Origin: Legionella genomosp. 1
Lineage (GTDB): Bacteria > Pseudomonadota > Gammaproteobacteria > Legionellales > Legionellaceae
DNA: 29,606 nucleotides
Direction of reading: 5' to 3'
NCBI GenBank assembly: GCA_945889365.1
Contig: CAMDBQ010000001.1
Coordinates: 1 to 29,606 of the forward strand
Position numbers and translations under genes: made by a program. Positions 9,105 through 18,399 of this stretch are shown piece by piece. A model generated the notes under the pieces. The model was given only the letters and a program-made list of their open reading frames with translations. It searched no databases and had not been told where the DNA came from. Position 1 is the first letter of the stretch; each line of letters opens with the position of its first letter.

Positions 9105-9458
9105 TCATCTCAATGTTTCAATCTGTCTTTTACGCTGAGTTAACCTCATCACTAAAAATACAATCAATCCTAAGAAAAACAAGGACATCATTGCTCCACC
9201 AAAACCATGCCCTATGAATAGGCTGGCTAACAACCCACCCATCAACATGCCGGTAAACATGCCACGAAATTTGGACGGGCCGGTGCGTTGTGCGGCAGCA
9301 GCATAGGCGGGTCTATTTGTATTGTAAGCACGCGAAAACATGGGTTTAGAACGCATTGAACTAAATCCTCTGCCACCAAAACGACCCGCTGAAGCATCAT
9401 TTATGGTAAGGCCGAGTGTGAAGAGTACGATAAGTGAACATAAAAAAATATTGCGCAT
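9105..9458 (-). CDS. Hypothetical membrane protein resembling the N-terminal part of bacterial Tim44-domain proteins
   Basis: Signal peptide (…ASA), GRFGGRGF, Gly-rich GMLMGGLLASLF hydrophobic segment and a C-terminal TM helix; no Tim44 domain follows. Confidence 0.55.
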   Translation of the reverse strand: MRNIFLCSLIVLFTLGLTINDASAGRFGGRGFSSMRSKPMFSRAYNTNRPAYAAAAQRTGPSKFRGMFTGMLMGGLLASLFIGHGFGGAMMSLFFLGLIVFLVMRLTQRKRQIETLR

Positions 9459-9533
9459 TGTTTAATCCTTAGCTCAGTGTAAAATAAACAGCAGTATACA
9501 ATATATACTCTGCTGGTCACAAACCCCTAATCC

Positions 9534-9563
9534 GTTCGGGCTGCACTCCTCCTCAGCCCGAAC
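9534..9563. repeat. 10-bp perfect hairpin in the divergent intergenic region
   Basis: GTTCGGGCTG-cactcctcct-CAGCCCGAAC. Confidence 0.6.
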
Positions 9564-9586
9564 ACAATTAAATGAGGGACACTAAC

Positions 9587-9967
9587 ATGTTTAGGTACTT
9601 ATTCACCATTGCTATTTTCCTGCTAACAGCAAACAGTTGGTCTGCCAGCCATCACCCACAAGTTTTTTTAACAGAAATTACCGGTTCAAAAACAGAAGGC
9701 GAGCAAATTGTGCAACATTATTGTGCCATGTGCCACGCTAAAAAACCCATGATTCAACTCGGTGCCCCAATTATCGGACAAGCTAAAGCATGGGAACCAC
9801 GGATTAAGCAGGGTATCGATGCATTATTAAAAAATTGCGATGAAGGCTTGAGCGGAATGCCGCCTCGAGGTGGGTGTTTTGAATGCAGTGACAAGCAATT
9901 ATGGCTGGCTATTATGGCGATGATACCTGAAGATTTACACGCAAAAATCACCGTAAAAGGCTCATAA
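9587..9967 (+). CDS. Cytochrome c5 family protein
   Basis: Signal peptide, CAMCH heme motif, GAP, MPPRGGCFECSD (c5-type CxxC). ATG 9587 has GAGG upstream; ATG 9572 is an alternative start. Confidence 0.9.
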   Translation: MFRYLFTIAIFLLTANSWSASHHPQVFLTEITGSKTEGEQIVQHYCAMCHAKKPMIQLGAPIIGQAKAWEPRIKQGIDALLKNCDEGLSGMPPRGGCFECSDKQLWLAIMAMIPEDLHAKITVKGS

Positions 9968-10055
9968 AAAGACCATAAAGTAAGTTATTTGAAATAAAAG
10001 CTAATCTTTTTCGCATTCCTCCCGATACAGAAGAAAACAACGGAGGATTTACATC

Positions 10056-10631
10056 ATGAAAAAGCACTATGTCACTGTACCATTAGTCATTGTCCCACTG
10101 TGTGTTTTAGCGGTGGGTTGTGCATCAAACGGCGGATCGGTTCCCATTGTAGATGATGGTGGCAATACGCATTACACCATGAACATGGCATCCGATCAAA
10201 AGGGAAGCAGTTATTTCCCTGAAACACGTGAGGCAACGGGCAGAAAGGTGTTTGTATTTGATCCAAAGGCCACGGCTTGGGCAGCCTACGATGCGCAAGG
10301 TCATCGTGTTGAAACCGGTAGCGCGTCTGGCGGAAAGGATTTCTGTGACGATATTGGTAAACCTTGCCGAACGGTAACCGGAACATTCCATGTTTATTCG
10401 AAAAAAGGCGAAGATTGCACGTCGAGCATCTATCCCGTCGAAACTCACGGGGGTGCCAGAATGCCTTATTGCATGCACTTCAACGGAGGCTATTCCATAC
10501 ATGCCGCGTATGAAGTCCCCAATTACAATGCTAGCCACGGCTGTATTAGAGTATTGCCACAAGCAGCTCAATGGCTAAATCAAAACTTCATCGATGTAGG
10601 AACCACGGTTATTGTGCAACCCTATAGTTGA
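10056..10631 (+). CDS. L,D-transpeptidase (YkuD) lipoprotein, Legionella EnhA-like
   Basis: Lipobox LAVGC; MPYCMHF..GYSIH...SHGCIRV catalytic motif. Confidence 0.85.
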   Translation: MKKHYVTVPLVIVPLCVLAVGCASNGGSVPIVDDGGNTHYTMNMASDQKGSSYFPETREATGRKVFVFDPKATAWAAYDAQGHRVETGSASGGKDFCDDIGKPCRTVTGTFHVYSKKGEDCTSSIYPVETHGGARMPYCMHFNGGYSIHAAYEVPNYNASHGCIRVLPQAAQWLNQNFIDVGTTVIVQPYS

Positions 10632-10643
10632 TGAATGTGATAT

Positions 10644-10677
10644 AACAAAAAAGCCAGCATCAGCTGGCTTTTTTGTT
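10644..10677. terminator. Bidirectional-type intrinsic terminator
   Basis: AACAAAAAAGCCAGC-atca-GCTGGCTTTTTTGTT, a perfect 15-bp stem including the A and T tracts. Confidence 0.9.
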
Positions 10678-10745
10678 TGATAATCAATTGCAGCCTTTCT
10701 GTTTTGCAGTAGAATGAGATCAATATTGTTATATGAGAATAAATA

Positions 10746-11618
10746 ATGAGAAAAAAACAACAAGCGCCTACGCTTATCAACACACGCATATATGGCTATT
10801 GGCAAGCGTTATATATGTCACTGTATTCACGACGGTTATACGTGGATGTGGCCAAACGTTGGCGTGGATTTGGTTTTTTATATATGCTGCTGCTTGTGGC
10901 GATTGCATCAATCCCTTTTTCAGTGCGTATTATTATGGATTTTAATCACTATTTTAATGAGCAAATCATTTCTCCCATTGAACAAATTCCGCCTTTGACT
11001 ATTCAGAACGGCACGTTAATCTTCGATAAAGAGATGCCTTATTTGATTAAAAATAAAGCGGGTTCGGTTGTTGTTGCGATCGATACTAGCGGTGTTGTAA
11101 AGGGCCTGGATGGTGCCTATCCTGAGTTAATGATGTTGATCACTCAGCATAAATTGAGTTTTCGACTGCCATACATCAAGCTTTTTTTAGGCTCATTAAA
11201 CAGGGCTACTGAGAAACCTGTCATTGAAACGCTGTATAAACAGGCTTCTGACATTTTTGTAGCAAAAGAATGGATTAAAGCTAGTGGTATTTTAAAGTTG
11301 AAATGGTTTGTCTTAGCCATGGTTTATCCGATGGTGTTCCCCTTTGTTTTTGGATTGTTTTATGCGTTTTTTCTGATCCTGGCGATGCTTGCTCAAGTGT
11401 TTTCGTGGTTGATTTTTAAATACAAGCTTACCTATAAAGAGGCCGCACGATTGCTGACTGTGGCATCTACAGCACAAGTAGTTATATTTTTTATTTTGTT
11501 ATCGGCTAACTTTTTGTTCCATGGTGTAGGGCTTCTGGCTGTGATCCTTGATGCATTATATTTTAGCTATGCTGTGTTGTCGGTAAAGCGTGAAAGTAAA
11601 ATGATGGTGCATTCGTGA
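10746..11618 (+). CDS. DUF1189-like membrane protein
   Basis: YWQALYMSLYS..LYVDVAKRWRGFG..Y N-terminus, one N-terminal TM, a periplasmic domain and a C-terminal TM cluster. Confidence 0.7.
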   Translation: MRKKQQAPTLINTRIYGYWQALYMSLYSRRLYVDVAKRWRGFGFLYMLLLVAIASIPFSVRIIMDFNHYFNEQIISPIEQIPPLTIQNGTLIFDKEMPYLIKNKAGSVVVAIDTSGVVKGLDGAYPELMMLITQHKLSFRLPYIKLFLGSLNRATEKPVIETLYKQASDIFVAKEWIKASGILKLKWFVLAMVYPMVFPFVFGLFYAFFLILAMLAQVFSWLIFKYKLTYKEAARLLTVASTAQVVIFFILLSANFLFHGVGLLAVILDALYFSYAVLSVKRESKMMVHS

Positions 11619-11653
11619 GCGAGCGGGTGCATTTCGCACATGCACCTCGTTGC
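11619..11653. repeat. Imperfect hairpin (terminator or degenerate REP)
   Basis: GGTGCAT-ttcgcac-ATGCACC core with flanking GCGAG/CTCGT pairing, directly after the stop codon. Confidence 0.45.
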
Positions 11654-11732
11654 TAGTTTCGTGATTTGACGGTCGCCTACGATATCAAACGCCAACCTAC
11701 TGCCTTGTCTTGTTAATTCGCTCCCTTAAACT

Positions 11733-11756
11733 GTCGTCCCCGCGAAGGCAGGGATC
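11733..11756 (+). repeat. Truncated GTCATCCCCGCGAAGGCGGGGATC-type palindromic repeat
   Basis: GTCGTCCCCGCGAAGGCAGGGATC stem-loop with a GAAG loop; ends exactly where the intron-like sequence begins. Confidence 0.6.
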
Positions 11757-11819
11757 GTACGCCCGTGATGGCGCGTAACATCAGAGTGGTGAAAGTCCAC
11801 TCCAGAGTAAGCCATAAAC
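11757..11819 (+). mobile_element. 5' fragment of a group II intron (class IIC-like), truncated
   Basis: GTACGCCCGTGATGGCGCG...GAGTGGTGAAAGTCCACTC resembles the GUGYGCCCG..AUGG...GGUGARAGUCC start of bacterial IIC introns as I recall it. It lies directly 3' of a stem-loop. Confidence 0.6.
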
Positions 11820-13157
11820 TCAGCTCTCGGTTATATCAATCATCTTTTGAAGAGCCTTTTTAGCATTATCGATAACCCAGGTTTGATCCATAGTCTGCAA
11901 ACGATTACGTGTTCCGGTGAATTCGTTTACCACATCACCAGCAAGGACTTCGTTGTAATCCATGGTTTTGCCTTGGCGCAGCAAGTCGAGCAGGCCCACT
12001 AGATGAGGTGCATCGTTGCGGGACATGGTGGCGCAGCCGCAGCCAATGCCTTTTTCGTTTGGATTTCTTGGGGCTTCGCCTAGATTAACCACGTCAATGT
12101 TTAATGCTTTGCAGTGTTGCTTCAGGTTGTCAACCATGTGGTTTTCAGTGCCGATAGCATAACGACGGGTTCCTGAGCGATCATTGACAACTTGATCCCA
12201 AATGAAAGCGGTGGATCCTGCGTGTTGGGCAACACGAATGACTTCATTGCGGCATTCAGGATGCACGATGGTTGTGTAGCCTTTGCTATGCCAATATTCA
12301 CACATTTCAGGTTGGTAATGCGAATGGACAGCGCACTCGCTGGCAAACAGGATTAATTCAGCCCGATCAAACTTGTTTAACGTGGCTTTGTCTTGAGCTT
12401 CAAGCGAATATTGCGCACCTGCTGTGCCTCCGGGCCAGTAGGCCATGTTTTTTATACCTAGCCAATAGGCCACGTTTTCACCCATGTGTCTGTCAGGAAT
12501 AAACAGAATTTTTTTGTTTTGCTTTTGTGCCCATTGAAAAATTTTCTTAACATTCGAGCTGGTACAAACGGCGCCACCTTGCGCGCCAGTCATGGCTTTT
12601 ACACGACCGGATGTATTCATGTAGCAAACGGGAATAATATTGTCAGCACCATATCGGGCATTTAAATCTGTAAACGCAGGTTCAACCATAAAATCTTTGG
12701 CCAGCATTTCCATGGTGCAGCCGGATTTAGGATTCGTAATGTAAACATGCTGATCTTTATTGGCCAAAATGCTTATGGATTCAGCCATAAAATGCACGGC
12801 GGATTCGATAATGACCGATTTTTCAGGGTGATTGGCAGCCATCAACGCCAGTTGATATGAATCGCCAATTTTACCGCCAAATTGCTCAATCAGACGTACA
12901 ATATCGCCACCCATATAATAGTGTGCAAGCAGCAATAGTTTATCACCAAAATGATCCTGCGCTTTGCGCATGTATGGGGCCATCCAAGCCAAGACTGTGG
13001 TCAGTTTACGGTCGGGCAGGGCTTGGTATGCTTCAGCGTAGGGAATGAAATCTTTTTGATACCAGTCAAGCGGATAGTCACTCTGGCAAATGCTCATGTC
13101 ATTGGTTATCTGCATGAGTGTTTTTTCAGGTTGATAGGTTTCGTGTGGTTTAAACAT
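11820..13157 (-). CDS. nadA: Quinolinate synthase A (long form)
   Basis: LLLAHYY..GDSYQLA..VHFMAES, GCTMEM, YMNTS...VCTSSN, FIPDRHMGEN, CAVH, VHPEC, GTE, CATM; adjacent to nadB. Confidence 0.93.
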   Translation of the reverse strand: MFKPHETYQPEKTLMQITNDMSICQSDYPLDWYQKDFIPYAEAYQALPDRKLTTVLAWMAPYMRKAQDHFGDKLLLLAHYYMGGDIVRLIEQFGGKIGDSYQLALMAANHPEKSVIIESAVHFMAESISILANKDQHVYITNPKSGCTMEMLAKDFMVEPAFTDLNARYGADNIIPVCYMNTSGRVKAMTGAQGGAVCTSSNVKKIFQWAQKQNKKILFIPDRHMGENVAYWLGIKNMAYWPGGTAGAQYSLEAQDKATLNKFDRAELILFASECAVHSHYQPEMCEYWHSKGYTTIVHPECRNEVIRVAQHAGSTAFIWDQVVNDRSGTRRYAIGTENHMVDNLKQHCKALNIDVVNLGEAPRNPNEKGIGCGCATMSRNDAPHLVGLLDLLRQGKTMDYNEVLAGDVVNEFTGTRNRLQTMDQTWVIDNAKKALQKMIDITES

Positions 13158-13165
13158 GTCCGTTC

Positions 13166-14821
13166 CTAAATAAATGGAAAAGGGGTTTGCGGTAAATTTA
13201 GGCGAGCAATGCTTTCCTGTGCTCGTGTATTCTTTTGTGGAAAGTCCTCGCGATAATGACCTCCTCTTGATTCCCTTCGAGATAATGCTGCGCGTACAAT
13301 CAATTCTGCGTTAAGAACCATATTACGCAATTCAATGAAATCACGCGAGATGCTATGTTTCCAATAATATTCTTCAATAATTTTACGCCGTCTTATGATC
13401 AAGTGTAGCAGATCTTGCAAACCAGCTTCTGTGCGAACAATGCCTGCATAGGAGGTCATTTCACCACGTAAACTGCGCCAGTGGGCATTAATTTGACTGG
13501 CACGCCGGGCATTCACTTCACCAGGAGAGCTCCATGTCGGAATGTTATCTGTTAATTTACACGGTTTTGCTGTGTCCATTAAGGTGCAGCGTGCGGCGTT
13601 AGCGGCCATGACCACGGTTTCGAGTAACGAATTACTCGCTAAACGATTGGCCCCATGCAATCCGGTAAACGCCACTTCGCCGATGGCATACAAGCGTTTA
13701 AGATCAGTCCGACCATCGACATCAGTTAACACACCACCACATTGATAATGAGCTGCTGGCACGACTGGGATCATATCTTGACTCATGTCGATGCCAATCG
13801 ATAACAATGTTTCATAAATTTGGGGAAAACGTTTTTTCAAAAATGCTTTTGACTGATGAGTGATATCAAGGTGGACGAAACCATGATGGTTTTGTTCTAT
13901 TTCATTGAATATTGCGCGTGCCACAACATCGCGTGTCGCTAATTCCATTTGTTCCGGCGCATATTGGATCATGAATCGTTTGCCGGTATCCGCATTTTTT
14001 AGTAACGCGCCTTCACCGCGCACGGCTTCTGAGATTAAAAAATTATTTAGCGAATGATGATGTAATAAAGTTGGATGAAATTGATAAAATTCCATGTTCC
14101 CAACTCGAGCGCCAGCGCGAAATGCCATCGCCACGCCATCGCCTGTGGCTACCATGGGATTGGTTGTGTAGCGATAGGTTTTGCCAGCCCCGCCGGTTGC
14201 CAGAACTACGCAATGGGCCGCAAAGGTGTGAATGCGATTCTCATGGCAATCCAGGATATAAGCGCCTAACACTTCACCTTGATTGTCAGTGCGGTGTGGG
14301 TGGTAGTGAGTGATTAAGTTAACTGCGACATGGTTTTCAAACATATGGATTTGCGGTTTTTGACGTGCGGCGTGAATAAGGGCTTCAATTACCGTTAGAC
14401 CCGTTTGATCGCCACAGTTATATATCCGTCGATGTGAGTGACCGCCTTCCTGTGCCAACGCATAGTCACCATTGTTTTTTTTTGTGAAATGGATGGAGTA
14501 TTGCTGCAATTGTTCAATGGCGTGAGGTGCTTGGCGGATAATGCATTCCACAGTCGGTGTGTAACATAGGCCGTCACCTGCATGCAGGGTATCGGCAATG
14601 TGTGATTCCAGTGAATCTTCGGCTATGGATACAGCCGCTATGCCACCTTGAGCATAGCGGCTATTGCATTCGTAGGCTTCGGCTTTACAGATGAGCGCAA
14701 TGTTTAGATGTGGCTGTAACTCGGTTAGTTGCATGCAGTAATGCAAGCCTGCTAGCCCGCCACCAATAACGAGCACATCAAATGCATACATTTTTCCCTG
14801 TTGCGAGAACGATGTATTCAT
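13166..14821 (-). CDS. nadB: L-aspartate oxidase
   Basis: GGGLAG FAD motif, SRYAQGGIAA, EGGHSHRRI, FYQFHPT, SEAVRGEG, GLHGANRLASNSLLE, ESRGGHYREDFP. Confidence 0.96.
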   Translation of the reverse strand: MNTSFSQQGKMYAFDVLVIGGGLAGLHYCMQLTELQPHLNIALICKAEAYECNSRYAQGGIAAVSIAEDSLESHIADTLHAGDGLCYTPTVECIIRQAPHAIEQLQQYSIHFTKKNNGDYALAQEGGHSHRRIYNCGDQTGLTVIEALIHAARQKPQIHMFENHVAVNLITHYHPHRTDNQGEVLGAYILDCHENRIHTFAAHCVVLATGGAGKTYRYTTNPMVATGDGVAMAFRAGARVGNMEFYQFHPTLLHHHSLNNFLISEAVRGEGALLKNADTGKRFMIQYAPEQMELATRDVVARAIFNEIEQNHHGFVHLDITHQSKAFLKKRFPQIYETLLSIGIDMSQDMIPVVPAAHYQCGGVLTDVDGRTDLKRLYAIGEVAFTGLHGANRLASNSLLETVVMAANAARCTLMDTAKPCKLTDNIPTWSSPGEVNARRASQINAHWRSLRGEMTSYAGIVRTEAGLQDLLHLIIRRRKIIEEYYWKHSISRDFIELRNMVLNAELIVRAALSRRESRGGHYREDFPQKNTRAQESIARLNLPQTPFPFI

Positions 14822-16188
14822 GAAAAGGCTTTAACCAGTTGCGGTGCAAGACCTGTGTATTTTTCAGGGGTCAGTGCAAGCAGTTGTTTTTTGGCTTCAC
14901 TAGGGATTTCCAATGATTGGATAAATTGTTTGAGACCTTCGCCATCAATGGTTGACCCACGGGTTAAATCACGCATTTGTTCGTAAGCATTGGGCACTTG
15001 ATAACGCCGCATAACGGTTTGAATGGCTTCACTGAGAATTTCCCAGTTGGCATCCAAATCTTCTTTAAGGGCATTTTTGTTGATCTGTAGCTTGTCATTG
15101 CCCTTAGCGATGGATTGATACGCTATCAATGCATAAGCAAAAGCCACTCCTAAGTTACGCAAAACGGTTGAATCAGATAAGTCCCGTTGCATGCGAGACT
15201 GAGTTAATTTGTTAGCGAAATGATCGAACAGCGTATTGGCTAGACCTAAATTGCCCTCAGCATTTTCAAAATCAATCGGATTAACTTTATGAGGCATGGT
15301 CGATGAGCCAACTTCGGCCGCAACTGTTTTTTGTTTAAAATAGCCCAGTGAAATATAGTTCCAGACATCACGGGTAAAATCCAGCAAAATGTTATTGATG
15401 CGGATCATTGCATGAGATATTTCAGCAATCCCGTCATGTGGTTCGATTTGCGTGGTATAGGCATTGAACGACAAGCCTAATGATGTGACAAAATTGGCAC
15501 AGTGCTTGCGCCAGTCTACTTCAGGGTAGGCAATAATATGTGCATTGTAATTGCCAACGGCGCCGTTGCATTTGGCCGATATTAACACTTCAGCTAATTG
15601 TTGCATTGGACGTTTAAGGCGCGCAGCAAAGTTAATCAATTCTTTGCCCAGTGTGGTTGGCGTTGCAGGCTGGCCATGTGTACGAGACAGCATGGACGCA
15701 TTGCCGTGTTTTTTTCCTAGCAAGGTAATCCCGCCAATGATTTCAGCCAATGTGGGTTGAATAATTTGTGCGATGGCTTCTTTCATCATCAGGGCATAAG
15801 CCAGATTATTGATGTCTTCTGATGTGCAGGCAAAATGAATAAAACTGGTTATGCCCTTTAATGTTGGAGATTCTTCCAGTCTATCTCGTAGATAATATTC
15901 AACAGCTTTAACGTCATGATTGGTTTTCTTTTCATACGCTTTAACTTTCATCGCCTCAGTTTCATCAAATTGGCTGAGCACTTTAGCAAGAAAGGCTTGA
16001 GATTCTTTACTCATGGGAGGGACTTCGCGAATCATATCATTCGCTGCCAATGCCTCCAACCAACGGATTTCAACCATTAACCGGTAATATATCAGGGCGA
16101 ATTCGCTAAAGTAGGGGCTTAGCAAGCATGTTTTTTTTAGGTATCGTCCGTCAACCGGCGAGATGGCATTTAGGGAGGTTAAGGTCAT
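14818..16188 (-). CDS. purB: Adenylosuccinate lyase
   Basis: LNAISPVDGRY, TNHDVKAVEY, RTHGQPATPTT, GSSTMPHKVNPIDFENAEGN; ATGA overlap with nadB. Confidence 0.98.
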   Translation of the reverse strand: MTLTSLNAISPVDGRYLKKTCLLSPYFSEFALIYYRLMVEIRWLEALAANDMIREVPPMSKESQAFLAKVLSQFDETEAMKVKAYEKKTNHDVKAVEYYLRDRLEESPTLKGITSFIHFACTSEDINNLAYALMMKEAIAQIIQPTLAEIIGGITLLGKKHGNASMLSRTHGQPATPTTLGKELINFAARLKRPMQQLAEVLISAKCNGAVGNYNAHIIAYPEVDWRKHCANFVTSLGLSFNAYTTQIEPHDGIAEISHAMIRINNILLDFTRDVWNYISLGYFKQKTVAAEVGSSTMPHKVNPIDFENAEGNLGLANTLFDHFANKLTQSRMQRDLSDSTVLRNLGVAFAYALIAYQSIAKGNDKLQINKNALKEDLDANWEILSEAIQTVMRRYQVPNAYEQMRDLTRGSTIDGEGLKQFIQSLEIPSEAKKQLLALTPEKYTGLAPQLVKAFS

Positions 16189-16294
16189 GGGCGCTTCGTC
16201 GTAAAATTAAAGTATGTATAATAGCATAAAGTTAAATGATATAAAGGAACAGGTCAAACAGAAGAGATTCTTGGCGAACCCATTTATGCTGGTG

Positions 16295-17851
16295 TTAAAA
16301 CCTCATTTGATCATCGATCCCGCAATTCTTGCGGGGTGACAATCCAAACATAGCCATAAGCACGATCAGCAAGCTAATCAATAGCATTGGCATATCACCA
16401 AGATAAACCCAAGGTGATGAGCCTGTGGCAGGGTAGATTGATGCATTTAATATGCCGGAACTAAATGCCGGCAGTGAATCAACGATCTCACCTTGAGTAT
16501 TAATAACAGACGACAAGCCATCATTATTGGCAACAATTTGATAGCGGCCGGTTTGCATGGATATGGCTTGCGACATTTGTAAATGTTGATATACGGCAAG
16601 TGAATGACCGAACCAACCGTCATCACTGATGGATACAATCCATTCTGCCAACGGCAATTGATTGCGTAGTAAATGAGGGTAGGCTGATTCAAAGCAGATT
16701 AAGGTAGCGATAGGATGGCCTTCTACAGTAACTGGGGATTGTGCACGTTTGCCCGATTTTAGATTGGCCATGGGTACATTTAACCACTGACTGAGCGTCA
16801 GCAAGGGTTTGGGGATAAACTCACCAAAAGGCACCAGGTGTTGTTTTAAGTAAGAGCCTTGTGCCGTACCGAGAGCGGTTAACGTATTATAATACGCAGT
16901 GTCATCTTTGGTCGTTGTTTCGGGGATCCCTAATAGAATCGCGCTGCCGGCTTTTTTCGCGCGCATATCAAGACTACCAAGAAAATCGCTGACGTAATTC
17001 ATGGGCACAGGAATGGCTGATTCCGGCATGACGATCAATTGTTTTTTACCCATTAGTTTTGCAATTTCATCTTCATAACGCTGTAATATTTGCCAAAACA
17101 AATACTCATCCCATTTGTCTCTCATGGAGATATTGGCTTGAATGACGCCCACTGAAATTTCGGATGAGCCGGTTTTCGTCCACGCATGGTTTTTTAATAG
17201 CAATGGCGCAAGCAGGATGGCAACGAATGCGATGATCCATGATGAACGTTTTGCGCGGCTTGTTTGAACGCTTGCTGCAAGACAGGTTGCAGCGAGACAG
17301 GTTATAAAGCCAACACCGTATACACCGATAATGGGTAATAAAAATTTTAATGGCGTATCAAATTGCCCAACGCCCAATAGTAGCCAGGGAAACCCACTCA
17401 AGAAGCGTGCACGCAAGAACTCAAAAAGACACCATAAGGCACTAAATAAAAAGCATTTGAATAATAGCGATTGTTTTGCTGCCAGACGTTGATACAGCAT
17501 CGCCACACCGGCTGGGAACAGAGCCAGATAGGCTACAAATATCAAGGTTACAAAGGCGGATACTGGAGGATTTAAGTGGCCATAACTATAAATACTGACA
17601 TAAACCCAAGAAATACCAAGCCCAAAAAAGCCCAAACCAAACACAAAGCCCGTCCTAAACGACTGTTTTACAGTTTGTTGACTGAGTTGTGCAAATAACA
17701 GGGCGATACCGAGAATAGCCAGACCAGGCATATGAATTGGCGCGAACCCGAAGGGAACGAGTAAGCCTGCAAAAAAGCTGCGTAAAGTGACTGCATGGCG
17801 AATCGATGCAGTGGCAAACGATCTTAACGTTGTTGAGGGTGTTTGATTCAT
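16295..17851 (-). CDS. lnt: Apolipoprotein N-acyltransferase
   Basis: FGLGISWVYVSIY, FLSGFPW, nitrilase-fold triad MPESA / YLKQHLVPFGE / LICFE, ISDDGWFG. Start taken at ATG 17851 and uncertain. Confidence 0.93.
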   Translation of the reverse strand: MNQTPSTTLRSFATASIRHAVTLRSFFAGLLVPFGFAPIHMPGLAILGIALLFAQLSQQTVKQSFRTGFVFGLGFFGLGISWVYVSIYSYGHLNPPVSAFVTLIFVAYLALFPAGVAMLYQRLAAKQSLLFKCFLFSALWCLFEFLRARFLSGFPWLLLGVGQFDTPLKFLLPIIGVYGVGFITCLAATCLAASVQTSRAKRSSWIIAFVAILLAPLLLKNHAWTKTGSSEISVGVIQANISMRDKWDEYLFWQILQRYEDEIAKLMGKKQLIVMPESAIPVPMNYVSDFLGSLDMRAKKAGSAILLGIPETTTKDDTAYYNTLTALGTAQGSYLKQHLVPFGEFIPKPLLTLSQWLNVPMANLKSGKRAQSPVTVEGHPIATLICFESAYPHLLRNQLPLAEWIVSISDDGWFGHSLAVYQHLQMSQAISMQTGRYQIVANNDGLSSVINTQGEIVDSLPAFSSGILNASIYPATGSSPWVYLGDMPMLLISLLIVLMAMFGLSPRKNCGIDDQMRF

Positions 17852-17928
17852 GGCTGATATGGTAATGTAAATGGGTTTGACGATAGAGTAGTTGGTTGAA
17901 AAGGTCAAGTTTTTTACAAATTAACCGT

Positions 17929-17959
17929 ACGTCATCCCTCGCTGCGTTCGGGATGACGT
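17929..17959. repeat. Palindromic repeat remnant (GTCATCCCG..CGCAGCGAGGGAT type)
   Basis: ACGTCATCCC-tcgctgcgttc-GGGATGACGT, 10-bp perfect stem at the left edge of the debris island. Confidence 0.65.
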
Positions 17960-18153
17960 GAAGTATTTCGGGGATGGTTCAAAAGCAGTGAACACTCATC
18001 CAATTTTTAATAGTAATTTTTGAGAGCAGTCATCGATCCGCCTAAATTTTGTGACAGAAGACGCTGCGGGGGGTTAAGAAACAACACCCCTTTTACTCAA
18101 AAAGGCAAAAGGCAAGCCCTGGTGCGCCACGAAAGCTTGTCTGGAAGTCAGAT

Positions 18154-18399
18154 GTGTCGGGCGTTCCTTGTACAAGCGACAAAGCATTGCAGCGAAGCGT
18201 GTCAGAAGTTTTATCGGCCATATATGAGCAAGACTTTCTGGCATGTTCGTTTGGGGGTAGGCCAAAACTCAGTGCGCATCATGCACTTTCAACCCTGAAT
18301 GAAATCATCTCGGGCAAGAAGGTAGGATGGGTATATGAGGCCGACCTGAAGAATTTCTTTGGTAGTTTAGATCACGGATGGTTACTACAATGCAAGTAA
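18154..18399 (+). pseudogene. Group II intron reverse transcriptase fragment (RT2-RT3 region)
   Basis: GVPCTSDKALQRSVSEVLSAIYEQDFLACSFGGRP..SAHHAL...WVYEADLKNFFGSLDHGWL; no YADD region and no true N-terminus. Confidence 0.88.

Noticed and set aside
17770-17851. TLRSF peptide repeated twice at the Lnt N-terminus
   Set aside because: The underlying codons differ, so there is no DNA-level duplication; the start codon is also uncertain.
18154-18399. RT fragment as the missing DGR reverse transcriptase
   Set aside because: Its motifs (AIYEQDF..CSFG.RP, EADLKNFFGSLDH) are group II intron-like. It is 9 kb away on the opposite strand and truncated.
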